In this document: in pieces, positions 36,282 to 45,085 of the stretch | How the letters are laid out: each line of letters begins with the position of its first letter | Numbering within the stretch: position 1 is the stretch's first letter | Assembly (NCBI GenBank): GCA_001791045.1 | Contig: MGDT01000004.1 | Location: 136,767 to 200,766 of the forward strand | Direction of reading: 5' to 3' | DNA from: Candidatus Uhrbacteria bacterium RIFCSPHIGHO2_01_FULL_63_20 | GTDB taxonomy: Bacteria; Patescibacteriota; Patescibacteriia; UBA9934; GWF2-40-263 | DNA: 64,000 bases | Translations under genes and position numbers: made by a program | The notes under the pieces: model-generated | The model's input: only the letters and a program-made list of their open reading frames with translations | Told to the model about the DNA's origin: nothing | The model's database searches: none

Positions 36282-37571
36282 ATGGTGGAAATTCGCCTAA
36301 AATCCATTGCAAATCGGCTTGGGAAAAGCGTTTCGGATATTGCCCGGGAAACCGGGCTCAATCGGAATACGGTCACGGGCCTGTTCCATGACAAGGTCGA
36401 TGGAATCAAGTTCGCGACCATCGACCTCCTGTGCGACACCTATGGGATCCGCCTTGAAGACTTAATCGTCCGCAAGGAGACGCGGGTGGGCGCGGCTCCT
36501 GGGTCGAGGATCATCCGCGAGTTGCGAATGGAACCGCCGTTTTTCTCATGGGCTCCGCTCAATGCTCTGCACAAGCCCCCGGCACATTTTTTCCAGGACG
36601 GGGTCGGCAAATCGTACACATTTTTCGCCCGTGGGCAGACTGAACGGTTTTTCGACCGCGCGGAACTGAATCGCTTCGCCTCGCGCACGCTCGAGCGGTA
36701 CGAGGGTGATGGGGCCATGGAGGTCCATGCGGCGTTCCTCCGAGCCCGCGACCAGCTCGCGGCCGCGGTCGCCGGCCTCGCGGCACAGCCGGTCGGCCGA
36801 TTCCTGAACGCCGATCTTCCGAAGACGGCGCAGCGACTGTCAGATTTGCGTTCCGACATGCTTTCGACGAGCCAATGGATCGACGCGTTCGACTGCGGCA
36901 TGCGCGACGAGCGAGTCGGGCAGGTGGAAAGAGCGCACGGATTCACGCGCGCCGAGACCTCGCTGCTTCTCGCTTCCGGTGAACAGACCCCGTCGGTGCT
37001 GCGACGACTCGCGGTATTGAGACTCGCGCAGGCGAATACAGGGGTGGAGCACAGGGATGCCAAGAAGTTCCTGTCCGCGTACCCGTTCGTGAGCGCGGAA
37101 GAACTTGCGGCGGACATCGAGGCGTATGCGAAACGACCCGAAACGCTTGCCTTCGAGGTCGAGACGCTTTCGCGCCTGCCGAAGGCACACGCGGATGCTG
37201 TCCGAAACCTCCTTCGCGTGAAAAATCTGCGCATAAACCCGCTGGAATTCTTCGCCCGCCTCGATGCTTGGCGCGACGAACGGGAGGAAGCTGACCGCGG
37301 GGCGCGCTTCCAACTCGATCGCCTGCTGCGCGTCATCGCCGAACGCTCCCACCTCGCCTACCCGCTTGCGCTTTATCTGCTCCCGCAGGAATCTGAGGGC
37401 GCGCTGAACGGCCTCGTGGGCGAACAGGCGCTTCAAACGCGACGCGACGAGGGGTTCCTTGTCGCGTTGGAGCACGGCGGATACAAGGCATATGAAGGCG
37501 CTTGGGCCGTTTCTGTGCAGGACGACCTCGTGAGCCGCAACATGAGCCAACTCGCCTATGCGAACCTTTAG
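36282..37571 (+). CDS. XRE-type HTH domain fused to a ~350-aa helical domain of unknown function
   Basis: The N-terminus LKSIANRLGKSVSDIARETGLNRNTVTGLFHDKVDGIKFATIDLLCDTYGIRLEDLI is a Cro/C1-type HTH. The remainder is Ala/Arg/Leu-rich and helical. It overlaps the next gene by 14 nt. Confidence 0.7.
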   Translation: MVEIRLKSIANRLGKSVSDIARETGLNRNTVTGLFHDKVDGIKFATIDLLCDTYGIRLEDLIVRKETRVGAAPGSRIIRELRMEPPFFSWAPLNALHKPPAHFFQDGVGKSYTFFARGQTERFFDRAELNRFASRTLERYEGDGAMEVHAAFLRARDQLAAAVAGLAAQPVGRFLNADLPKTAQRLSDLRSDMLSTSQWIDAFDCGMRDERVGQVERAHGFTRAETSLLLASGEQTPSVLRRLAVLRLAQANTGVEHRDAKKFLSAYPFVSAEELAADIEAYAKRPETLAFEVETLSRLPKAHADAVRNLLRVKNLRINPLEFFARLDAWRDEREEADRGARFQLDRLLRVIAERSHLAYPLALYLLPQESEGALNGLVGEQALQTRRDEGFLVALEHGGYKAYEGAWAVSVQDDLVSRNMSQLAYANL

Positions 37572-38565
37572 GAAAATCTTCGCGGTCGACAATGCGCTCA
37601 TCACGCTCGAGGTGTGGGAGCGCCATCAGACGGAAGGATTGAAAACGAAGTTCGGCAGCGGCACGCCCGTGTCGGTGTTCGACGTGAATGCCGGCGTCAC
37701 GGACGCGTACTACCAGGACGCGACGCTCCAAACGATTCGGGACGTGCTGACGGAAGAACAGAAGAATAACCCGAAGTTTTTCTTCGAGGCGATGGATCGT
37801 TACGAAGCCGAACTCGACGCGATCCAGAAGGTCATCGCGGAAGGAAAACCGCTTCCGGACGTCCAGACGCTCATGGCCTTCGCGGCGCGGTTCGAGCAGG
37901 CATGGATCGGCCTCGATGAATCCTATATGCCGGATTACGTCGCCATGGATGCGTCAGCCGAGCGCCGTTCGACCGTGGCGCGCGAGAAGGCGTTCGGGTT
38001 TTATGTCGGCGCGGACAGGCTCATCCGGCGCACGCTCGAAGCGCTCTTCCCAAGCCTTGGCGTGCATTCGAAATACCTGACGCTTGAAGAGGTGATGAGC
38101 GGGAAGCTGCCGGATATCTCCAAACTCGACGCGCGAGCGTTACATTTCATCTATTACAAGGATCAGGTGCTCATCGGGATATCGTTCGAGGACTTCTGCA
38201 AGACCGAAGGGATCCGCATCGAATCCGTCTTCGCGCCTCTGCGCGATCATCTGCGCGGGCAGGTCGCTTCGCGTGGGAGCGCGCAAGGACCGGTCCGCAT
38301 CATCGAGACGGACACGAACCGCGACCGGGTGAAGGGTGGCGACGTCCTCGTGGCGCGGGAGGCGGGACCACGCGACCTCGCATTGATCGAGCGCGCCTCG
38401 GCCTTGGTCCTTGATGAGGGTTCGTACTACGGAGCGGCCGCCATCGCCGCCCGCGCAGCAGGCAAGCCGTGCGTATTCGCGACCAGGATCGCGACCATGG
38501 TGCTACAGGAGAGCGAGAACGTCATCGTAGATGGGGATTCGGGGATGATTCGAGAAGCACGGTGA
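37558..38565 (+). CDS. protein with C-terminal PEP-utilizing-enzyme mobile (swivel) domain lacking the phospho-His
   Basis: The C-terminal GQVASRGSAQGPVRII...GDVLVAREAGPRDLALIERASALVLDEGSYYGAAAIAARAAGKPCVFATR...VIVDGDSGMI aligns by eye to the PEP-utilizer swivel domain. The canonical GG(M/R)TSHAA motif is GSYYGAAA here. Confidence 0.75.
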   Translation: MRTFRKIFAVDNALITLEVWERHQTEGLKTKFGSGTPVSVFDVNAGVTDAYYQDATLQTIRDVLTEEQKNNPKFFFEAMDRYEAELDAIQKVIAEGKPLPDVQTLMAFAARFEQAWIGLDESYMPDYVAMDASAERRSTVAREKAFGFYVGADRLIRRTLEALFPSLGVHSKYLTLEEVMSGKLPDISKLDARALHFIYYKDQVLIGISFEDFCKTEGIRIESVFAPLRDHLRGQVASRGSAQGPVRIIETDTNRDRVKGGDVLVAREAGPRDLALIERASALVLDEGSYYGAAAIAARAAGKPCVFATRIATMVLQESENVIVDGDSGMIREAR

Positions 38566-38581
38566 CCGCGGAGGACGTTTC

Positions 38582-38610
38582 TTGACAGGGATGAAAAGGG
38601 TGTATATCAT
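38582..38610 (+). promoter_or_regulatory. consensus promoter of brnTA
   Basis: TTGACA (38582-38587), 17-nt spacer, TATCAT (38605-38610). It lies 15 nt upstream of the brnT ATG. Confidence 0.55.
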
Positions 38611-38624
38611 ATCCATATACACTT

Positions 38625-38921
38625 ATGCTTCCTGACCTGGGGAACCTCACCGGCTTCGAATGGGATGCGGGGAATGAACGGAAAAGCGCCTCCAAGCACG
38701 GAGTGGCTCCCAGGGAATGCGAGGAAGCCTTCTTCAATGATCCGGTCCTTCTCCTCGACGATCACGGACATTCCTTGAAAGAACCGCGTTTCCACCTGTT
38801 GGGAAGGACGGACGCTCATCGAAAACTCTTCATCACGTTCACCGTCAGGAAAACACGCATCCGAGTCATCTCTGCCCGACCGATGAACCGAAAAGAACGG
38901 ATCATTTATGAAAAAACTTAA
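38625..38921 (+). CDS. brnT: BrnT-family (DUF497) ribonuclease toxin
   Basis: FEWDAGNERKSASKHGVAPRECEEAFFNDP...RVISARPMNRKERIIYE is the DUF497/BrnT signature. Confidence 0.85.
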   Translation: MLPDLGNLTGFEWDAGNERKSASKHGVAPRECEEAFFNDPVLLLDDHGHSLKEPRFHLLGRTDAHRKLFITFTVRKTRIRVISARPMNRKERIIYEKT

Positions 38922-39177
38922 AAAAATTCCGAATTTCACCTCCGAATCCGCCGAACGGAAGTTTTGGGAAACGCATGATTCTACCGAGTACCTAAACTGG
39001 TCCAAGGCCAAACGGGGCTCGTTTCCCAACCTCCAGCCATCGACACAAACCATCTCGCTTCGCCTGCCCGAATCCCTTCTGAATCGCGTGAAGGTCGCGG
39101 CACGTAAGCGTGATGTCCCGTATCAAAGCCTGATCAAGATCCTGGTCGACCGGGGGTTGGAGACGGTGGCGAAGTAA
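38908..39177 (+). CDS. brnA: BrnA antitoxin (CopG/RHH-like C-terminus)
   Basis: KIPNFTSESAERKFWETHDSTEY...ISLRLPESLLNRVKVAARKRDVPYQSLIKILV. It overlaps brnT by 14 nt. Confidence 0.8.
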   Translation: MKKLKKIPNFTSESAERKFWETHDSTEYLNWSKAKRGSFPNLQPSTQTISLRLPESLLNRVKVAARKRDVPYQSLIKILVDRGLETVAK

Positions 39178-39178
39178 A

Positions 39179-39209
39179 ACAAAACACCCGCTGATGGCGG
39201 GTGTTTTGC
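39179..39209. terminator. bidirectional intrinsic terminator
   Basis: AACACCCGC-tgatg-GCGGGTGTT with A and T runs on both sides. It lies between the convergent brnA and 3D-domain genes. Confidence 0.75.
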
Positions 39210-39215
39210 ATTGGA

Positions 39216-39749
39216 TCAGTACACTTCCACGAGCGCGTGCTTGCGACCGAATTGCCGCGCCGCCTGTCGGTCCTCCATCCAAATGTCCATCGCCTGGGCG
39301 TACCGCGCGTTCATCCGGTCTTCGACCACGAACTCCTTGTCGCCGAACAGCGCGGGGATCCGCACCTTGGTGCCGATCGGGAGGAAGTTCGCGGCCACGA
39401 TGCCGTCGCGCACGTGGGTGCCCGACGCCGTGATGAACGGCGTGTCATCCGTCTGCCAGGGGTCGGAGTTGTACGCCGTGATCGGGACCCGCACTTGCCA
39501 CTTCCAGTCCGGCTTGGGCGTCGGAGGCAGCTTCCCGTACGGCATGAGCTCGTTGCGCATCGCGTTCACGCGAAGTTCGATCGCGCGCGCCTGTTCCGCG
39601 AGGTGCGGATCCACGTCCGCGAGCGCGACGCTCGGGAACAGCGCGGTGATGAGCAGGAGGCAGGAGGACGCGAGCGAGAGGTCCCAAGCATGCCGACGCA
39701 AAAACCGTCGCCATCCGGGACTCCCCACCATCGACGGGAAGGAGGCCAT
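39216..39749 (-). CDS. secreted 3D-domain (MltA/RlpA-like) protein
   Basis: N-terminal TM/signal segment. ITAYNSDPWQTDDTPFITASGTHVRDGIVAANFLPIGTKVRIP...VVEDRMNARY matches the 3D domain. Confidence 0.75.
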   Translation of the reverse strand: MASFPSMVGSPGWRRFLRRHAWDLSLASSCLLLITALFPSVALADVDPHLAEQARAIELRVNAMRNELMPYGKLPPTPKPDWKWQVRVPITAYNSDPWQTDDTPFITASGTHVRDGIVAANFLPIGTKVRIPALFGDKEFVVEDRMNARYAQAMDIWMEDRQAARQFGRKHALVEVY

Positions 39750-39838
39750 ATGTGGGCGGCATTGTACGTTCCTGTGGCGGGCGGGTCAACGGATAACTTG
39801 GAAAATACGCTCAAATCCGCTACGATTCCCCTCAATCT

Positions 39839-42796
39839 ATGACCTCCCACCGCTATCCGTCACATGAGTGGCAGCGCTCAACGCGCGCGCGCCGGAAGCT
39901 GCGCCTCCCCAAGATCCGCCTGTCCAAGGCCGCCTGGCAAAACATCCTGCTCGCCGGCTCCATCCTGTTCATGGGCGGGTCCCTGTTCGTGCTCGGGCTG
40001 TTCGCGTTCGTGAGCCACGACCTGCCGGATCCCCGACAGCTCACGGACCGCTCCATCCCCGAGACCACCAAGATCTACGACCGTACGGGCGAGCACCTGC
40101 TCTACGAGATCTTCGGTTCCGAGAACCGCACGCTCGTGAAGCTGCAGGAAGGGTTCTGCGACATGCAGACCGAGATGGAAACCGACGGGAACGGCATCCC
40201 GCGGTACGCCGTGCAAGCCACCATCACGGCCGAGGACCGCAAGTTCTGTTCGCACGGCGGGTTCTCGGTCACCGGGCTCATGCGCGCGGTCCTGTTCGCC
40301 GGCTCCCGCGGCGGAGGCTCGACCCTCACTCAGCAGCTCGTGAAGAACGCCATCTTGAGCAACGAACGTTCGCTCACCCGCAAGGCCAAGGAGCTCATCC
40401 TGTCGCTCGAGCTCGAACGCCGGTACTCGAAGGACGAGATTCTCCAGATCTACTTCAACGAGATCCCGTACGGTTCCACGTACTACGGCATCGAGGCGGC
40501 CAGCCAGAACTTTTTCGGCAAACACGTAAGCGAACTGTCGCTCGCGCAGGCCGCGACGCTCGCCGCGCTCCCGCAGGTCCCCACCTTCTACATCAACAAC
40601 CCCGACCGGCTGAAGGCGCGCCGCGATTGGATCCTCGACGGGATGGCCGACATGGGGTTCGTGACGCGCGAGGAAGCGGACGCGGCGAAAGGCGAGGACA
40701 CGACGCTCGAAGACACGGTCGCCAACATCCAGGCGCCGCACTTCGTGTTCTACGTGAAGCAGCAGCTGGAGGAAACATACGGCCAGCGCCTGGTCGAAGA
40801 GGGCGGCCTCAAGGTCATCACCTCGCTTGATTACGACAAGCAGTTGATTGCCGAAGAGGAGGTCGTGCGCGGGGTCGAGGAGCGCGGGGAGGCGTACAAC
40901 TTCAACGACGCGGCGCTGGTCGCGACGGACCCCAAGACCGGGCAGATCCTGGCCATGGTCGGATCCGCGGACTATTTCGACGAATCGATCGCGGGACAGG
41001 TGAACGTGGCCGACCGCCCGAGGCAGCCCGGGTCGAGCTTCAAGCCGATCGCGTACGCGAAAGGGTTCGACCTCGGCTACACGCCCAACACCGTGTTGTG
41101 GGACGTGAACACCACCTTCCCGACCGCGACCGGCGACTACGCCCCCAAGAACTACGACCTGGGCGAGCGCGGTCCCATCCGCGTGCGCGAGGCGCTGCAG
41201 GGCTCCCTCAACATCCCGGCCGTGGAGATGGTGTATCTGGTCGGGGTCGAGAACGCGCTCTCCTTCGCCGAGGCGCTGGGCTACGCCACGTTTGGCGACC
41301 GCTCGCGCTTCGGGCTCTCCATCGTGCTGGGCGGGGCCGAGGTGAAGCTCACCGAGCACGTAGGCGCCTACGGCACCTTCGCGAACGACGGCGTGCGCAT
41401 GAGCCAGGTGTCCATCCTGAAGGTGGAGGATCCAAAGGGGACCGTGCTTGAGGAATGGAAACCGGGCGAGGGAACCAAGGTGACGGAGCCCAACGTGGCG
41501 CGCCTGATCTCAAACGTGATGTCCGACAATGCCGCCCGCGCCTACGTGTTCGGGCTCAACAACGCGCTCGTGGTGGGCGGACGCCCGGTGGCGGCCAAGA
41601 CCGGGACCACGAACGACTACCACGACGGCTGGACCTTGGGGTACACCCCATCGCTCGCCGCCGGCGTGTGGACCGGCAACGCTGATAACGAGGCGATGAC
41701 GCGCGGCGCGGACGGGAGCAAGATCGCGGCCCCCATCTGGAACGCCTTCATGCGCCGCGCGCTCGACGGGACGCCGGTCGAGGCGTTCCCGGCCCCGGAG
41801 GTCGCGATCACGGGCAAGCGCATGCTCGACGGCGACCTCGCGGGCACCACCGTGACCGTGGACCGGGTGACGGGAAAGCTCGCGACCGAGTACACCCCAC
41901 CCTCCACGCGCGAGAGCCGCACCTACGCCGAATACCACTCCATCCTGCATTACGTGGACCGCGCCGACCCGCTGGGCCCCGCGCCGACGGACCCCGCCCG
42001 CGATCCCATGTACGCCCCTTGGGAAGCGGCGCTCGCCGATTGGCTTGCCCGCAAGGAGGCTGAGACCGGCATCAAGGTGACCAACGCCACGCCGCCCACC
42101 GAATACGACGACGTGCACGTGCCGGACAACTTCCCGTCGGTGACCATCGAATCGCCCAGCAGCGGGACGACGGTCACGAGCCGCGAGATCGACGTGTCCG
42201 TGAACGCGTTCGCGCGACGCGGCGTCTCACGGGTCGAGGTGTACTTGGACGGGTTCTTCCTGGGGTCCGACGCGTTCGCGCCCTACACCGTCCGTACCCG
42301 CATCCCGGACACGATCGGACGCGGGTTCCACACGCTCAAGGCCGTGGCCTACGACGACGTGGAAAACAGCGGCTCGGACACGGTGGGCATCCATGTGGAG
42401 AGCGACGCGCAGGCATCGGGCTTCGACATCCTGGACCCCAAGAACGGACAGACCATCGAGAAGAACAGCCAGACCTACTCGATCGCCGTGAACCTGAAGA
42501 ACCCCACCGACTACCACTCGGTCACGGTGTACGCACGACCCTCCGGAGCGGGCGATCCGCATGTGGTCGGGACCAAGACGGATCCCTCCTCGCCGTTCCT
42601 CACCTTCGAATGGACGCTGCCCAACGACGGCGACTGGGTGATCTCCGCCTCCGCCATCCGCGTGCGGGACGGCGAGCGCGTGGACACCGCCGGGATCGTG
42701 GTGCATGTGGTGACGCCTTCTGGCATTATCCCGCCCCCGTCCGGCGACGGCACCACCCCACCCCCACCGCTCCCCGACATCAACCCGTTCAACTAA
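39839..42796 (+). CDS. class A penicillin-binding protein (PBP1A-type) with C-terminal Ig-like repeats
   Basis: Glycosyltransferase motifs EDRKFCSHGG, GGSTLTQQ and RKAKE. Transpeptidase motifs SSFKP, SLN and KTGTT. A ~200-aa beta-rich C-terminal extension follows. Confidence 0.9.
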   Translation: MTSHRYPSHEWQRSTRARRKLRLPKIRLSKAAWQNILLAGSILFMGGSLFVLGLFAFVSHDLPDPRQLTDRSIPETTKIYDRTGEHLLYEIFGSENRTLVKLQEGFCDMQTEMETDGNGIPRYAVQATITAEDRKFCSHGGFSVTGLMRAVLFAGSRGGGSTLTQQLVKNAILSNERSLTRKAKELILSLELERRYSKDEILQIYFNEIPYGSTYYGIEAASQNFFGKHVSELSLAQAATLAALPQVPTFYINNPDRLKARRDWILDGMADMGFVTREEADAAKGEDTTLEDTVANIQAPHFVFYVKQQLEETYGQRLVEEGGLKVITSLDYDKQLIAEEEVVRGVEERGEAYNFNDAALVATDPKTGQILAMVGSADYFDESIAGQVNVADRPRQPGSSFKPIAYAKGFDLGYTPNTVLWDVNTTFPTATGDYAPKNYDLGERGPIRVREALQGSLNIPAVEMVYLVGVENALSFAEALGYATFGDRSRFGLSIVLGGAEVKLTEHVGAYGTFANDGVRMSQVSILKVEDPKGTVLEEWKPGEGTKVTEPNVARLISNVMSDNAARAYVFGLNNALVVGGRPVAAKTGTTNDYHDGWTLGYTPSLAAGVWTGNADNEAMTRGADGSKIAAPIWNAFMRRALDGTPVEAFPAPEVAITGKRMLDGDLAGTTVTVDRVTGKLATEYTPPSTRESRTYAEYHSILHYVDRADPLGPAPTDPARDPMYAPWEAALADWLARKEAETGIKVTNATPPTEYDDVHVPDNFPSVTIESPSSGTTVTSREIDVSVNAFARRGVSRVEVYLDGFFLGSDAFAPYTVRTRIPDTIGRGFHTLKAVAYDDVENSGSDTVGIHVESDAQASGFDILDPKNGQTIEKNSQTYSIAVNLKNPTDYHSVTVYARPSGAGDPHVVGTKTDPSSPFLTFEWTLPNDGDWVISASAIRVRDGERVDTAGIVVHVVTPSGIIPPPSGDGTTPPPPLPDINPFN

Positions 42797-42845
42797 ATAG
42801 AAAAACCGCACCTGGGAAGATGAGATTCTTCCTGGTGCGGTTGCG

Positions 42846-43238
42846 TCAGTCTGCGTCGGCTTCGGCGACGGCGGGCTCGCTCTCGAGCTCCTCGTCCTCG
42901 TCGTCCGGGTCGTAGAAGTCGCCGGGGAAGTCGCGCCGGTTCTCTTCGTCGATGGCTCGTTCGTAGGCCGTAAGGCTCTTGTCCTTGCGCGTGCGCGGAT
43001 CTGGAATCGTTTCCCAGGCTCCGTCCTCGGCCTTTCGCTCGAACTCATGGTCGAAGCGGATGCATCCGTCCTCGACCTCGTTGTGACCCAGAGGGTCGGC
43101 GCCGAAGACGCTGCTCGGCGGATACTTCCTCGAGAGATCGTCCAAATCAGCTCCCTCCCAAATCACCTTGGTGGTCACGTCCCTCTTTCCCTGAAGAAAA
43201 TCGACAGTCGTGACCTGATTCACCCGATAGGTGGTCAT
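42846..43238 (-). CDS. hypothetical acidic protein (130 aa)
   Basis: ATG preceded by AAGGAGGAG, with a consensus promoter at 43276-43304. C-terminal D/E-rich tail. No family recognised. Confidence 0.5.
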   Translation of the reverse strand: MTTYRVNQVTTVDFLQGKRDVTTKVIWEGADLDDLSRKYPPSSVFGADPLGHNEVEDGCIRFDHEFERKAEDGAWETIPDPRTRKDKSLTAYERAIDEENRRDFPGDFYDPDDEDEELESEPAVAEADAD

Positions 43239-43275
43239 GCTCTCCTCCTTCACTCTGGATTTGAAAGACGAGCTG

Positions 43276-43304
43276 AGACTACCAGAAAATCGGCCTTTTG
43301 TCAA
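43276..43304 (-). promoter_or_regulatory. consensus promoter with conserved spacer (TTGACAAAAGGCCGATTTTCTGGTAGTCT)
   Basis: TTGACA (43304-43299), 17-nt spacer, TAGTCT (43281-43276). Confidence 0.55.
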
Positions 43305-43455
43305 TGATTGCAGGCCAAGGCAAAAACGACCGGGAGACCGGTCGTTTTTGTTTGGGTATTGCTTCGGGCCTCGTCAAATTACTGCCCTAAACATGCCATC
43401 GCAGGTGTTGCCACACGGGAAAATCTTGGCTCAAAAACCTTCTTCCGTCAAACGC

Positions 43456-43542
43456 CGATGACCGTGGACCTGCAGGGAATCGAACCCTGACCCCGCGATG
43501 TGGCAACACCCGGAATGGACCAACCCAGGCCCACGGATATCG
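43456..43542 (-). other. tRNA-like element: perfect T-arm + 17-bp extended acceptor-like stem, no canonical anticodon arm
   Basis: Minus strand: CGATATCCGTGGGCCTG...CAGGG-TTCGATT-CCCTG-CAGGTCCACGGTCATCG. A 5-bp T-stem with a TTCGATT loop lies inside a long terminal stem that has a 2x2 internal mismatch. Confidence 0.3.
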
Positions 43543-43644
43543 ACGCTCGAACGAAAAACCCGCTCCCTTTCGGGGCGGGTCGTTCTTCGTTAGTGTCATT
43601 TAACCACAAGTCGGTCGGAAAGTCAATCGGTGGTTGTGGACAAC

Positions 43645-44778
43645 CTATTGTTTGATCGGCATCACGATGTACAGGTAGTTCGATCCTTCGGCTGGCTGGA
43701 TCACGCACGGGTTCCCCGCGTCGATCATCTTGAATAACACCTGGTCGCTGCCCATAGCGTTCAGGCCATCGAGCAAATAACGGTAGTTCACAGTCACCTT
43801 GTTTTCGTTGCCGGTCGCGTCCGCCTCGCACTCGGCGGTGTTTTCGCCGCGGGCCGCGTCGGTGGCCTTCACTCGGAGCTTCTTGGCGGCTGGATCGAAC
43901 TCAAGCGTGACGTCGAACAGCCCGGTGCGGGAGAACAAGCTCGCGGTCTTCACGGCCTTCGCGAAGTCGTCACGGTCGAGTACCGCCTGGGTTTGGAAGG
44001 ATTTCGGGATGATCTGGCGGTAATCCGGGTAGTTCCCGTCGATGAGGCGCGAGACGAGCTCGACGCTTCCGTAGCTGAAAACGGCCTGATTATCAGAGAG
44101 CTTGAGGATGATCTCGGTCGGGGCTTCGACTTCGTCCTTAAACACGGCCAGGATGCGGTTCACCTCCCCCAGGGTGCGGGATGGGATGATGAACGAGCTA
44201 TCGCCCTCCACGGAGCCTCCTGGGAGCTTGAGGGATGCTTCGGCGAGCCGATAGGAGTCGGTGGCGGCCAGCGTGAGGGACGGATTCGTCCCGGCCTCGA
44301 ACCGCACGGACACGCCGGCGAGCTCGGGGCGCGACTCGTTGGTCGCGACCGCGAACAACACTTGCGAGAGCGCTTGCCGGAACGACTCGACGGGGATGCG
44401 ATACGCTCGGGTGGCGGACACTTCGGGGACGAGCGGGAACTCGGAGGCCGGAAGTCCGTTCATGCGCGTCTTGTTGCCGCCGCAGCTCACGGCGAGCGCG
44501 GCGCCGGATCCTTCCACGGTCACCGTCTCATTGGGAAGCAGCGACACGTAGTCGAAGAAGAGTTTGGACGGGACCGTGAACTCGCCGCCGGATTCCACTT
44601 TTCCGCGCACGGTGCAGGAGACCGCGATTTCCAAGTTCGTCGTCGTGAACCTGATCGTCCCGCCGTCGGCTTTCACGAGCACGTTCTGCAACACCGGGAG
44701 GTTCACGTTCTTCGAGGTGAGGTGGCTCGTGATCGAAAGACCCTGGCGCAGGTTCTCCCTCGTACAGGACAGTTTCAT
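43645..44778 (-). CDS. dnaN: DNA polymerase III beta sliding clamp
   Basis: MKLSCTRENLRQGLSITSHLTSKNVNLPVLQNVLV..., 377 aa, immediately downstream of dnaA. Confidence 0.95.
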   Translation of the reverse strand: MKLSCTRENLRQGLSITSHLTSKNVNLPVLQNVLVKADGGTIRFTTTNLEIAVSCTVRGKVESGGEFTVPSKLFFDYVSLLPNETVTVEGSGAALAVSCGGNKTRMNGLPASEFPLVPEVSATRAYRIPVESFRQALSQVLFAVATNESRPELAGVSVRFEAGTNPSLTLAATDSYRLAEASLKLPGGSVEGDSSFIIPSRTLGEVNRILAVFKDEVEAPTEIILKLSDNQAVFSYGSVELVSRLIDGNYPDYRQIIPKSFQTQAVLDRDDFAKAVKTASLFSRTGLFDVTLEFDPAAKKLRVKATDAARGENTAECEADATGNENKVTVNYRYLLDGLNAMGSDQVLFKMIDAGNPCVIQPAEGSNYLYIVMPIKQ

Positions 44779-45085
44779 ATCAGGTCGGTGTCGGGTCGTT
44801 CACTCGTTAACCGTTGTTAAGAGTTTAGAGAAAGATATATATCCAGTGACAACGATAAGGGATGTGTACAAGGGGGATAGGTCTGGAACAGGCCTTCGTT
44901 GAGCGGAAATTCGCCTGTGAGAAACGGGGACGAACGGGTGTGGATCGCTCGGGAGGAATTGCGGATGGATCGGTGTGGGCCGTTGAGCACGAGAAGTGTC
45001 CACGTTCCGTTCCCTTATCTCCCCCCACCTTCACGGACGATATTTCCTCCGTCTGTCCACCATGGGAGAGATGTGGACAAGCCGT
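44779..45085. promoter_or_regulatory. dnaA-dnaN intergenic region with DnaA-box-like TGTCCAC/GTGGACA motifs and an AT-rich patch (oriC candidate)
   Basis: TGTGGATCG at 44939-44947, GTGTCCACG at 44996-45004, CTGTCCACC at 45053-45061, TGTGGACAA at 45072-45080. AT-rich stretch GAGTTTAGAGAAAGATATATATCC at ~44821-44844. Confidence 0.4.

Noticed and set aside
43456-43542. Calling this element a bona fide tRNA gene
   Set aside because: No canonical anticodon stem-loop can be drawn, the D-arm is weak, and the core is ~68 nt. It is kept only as a 'tRNA-like element'.
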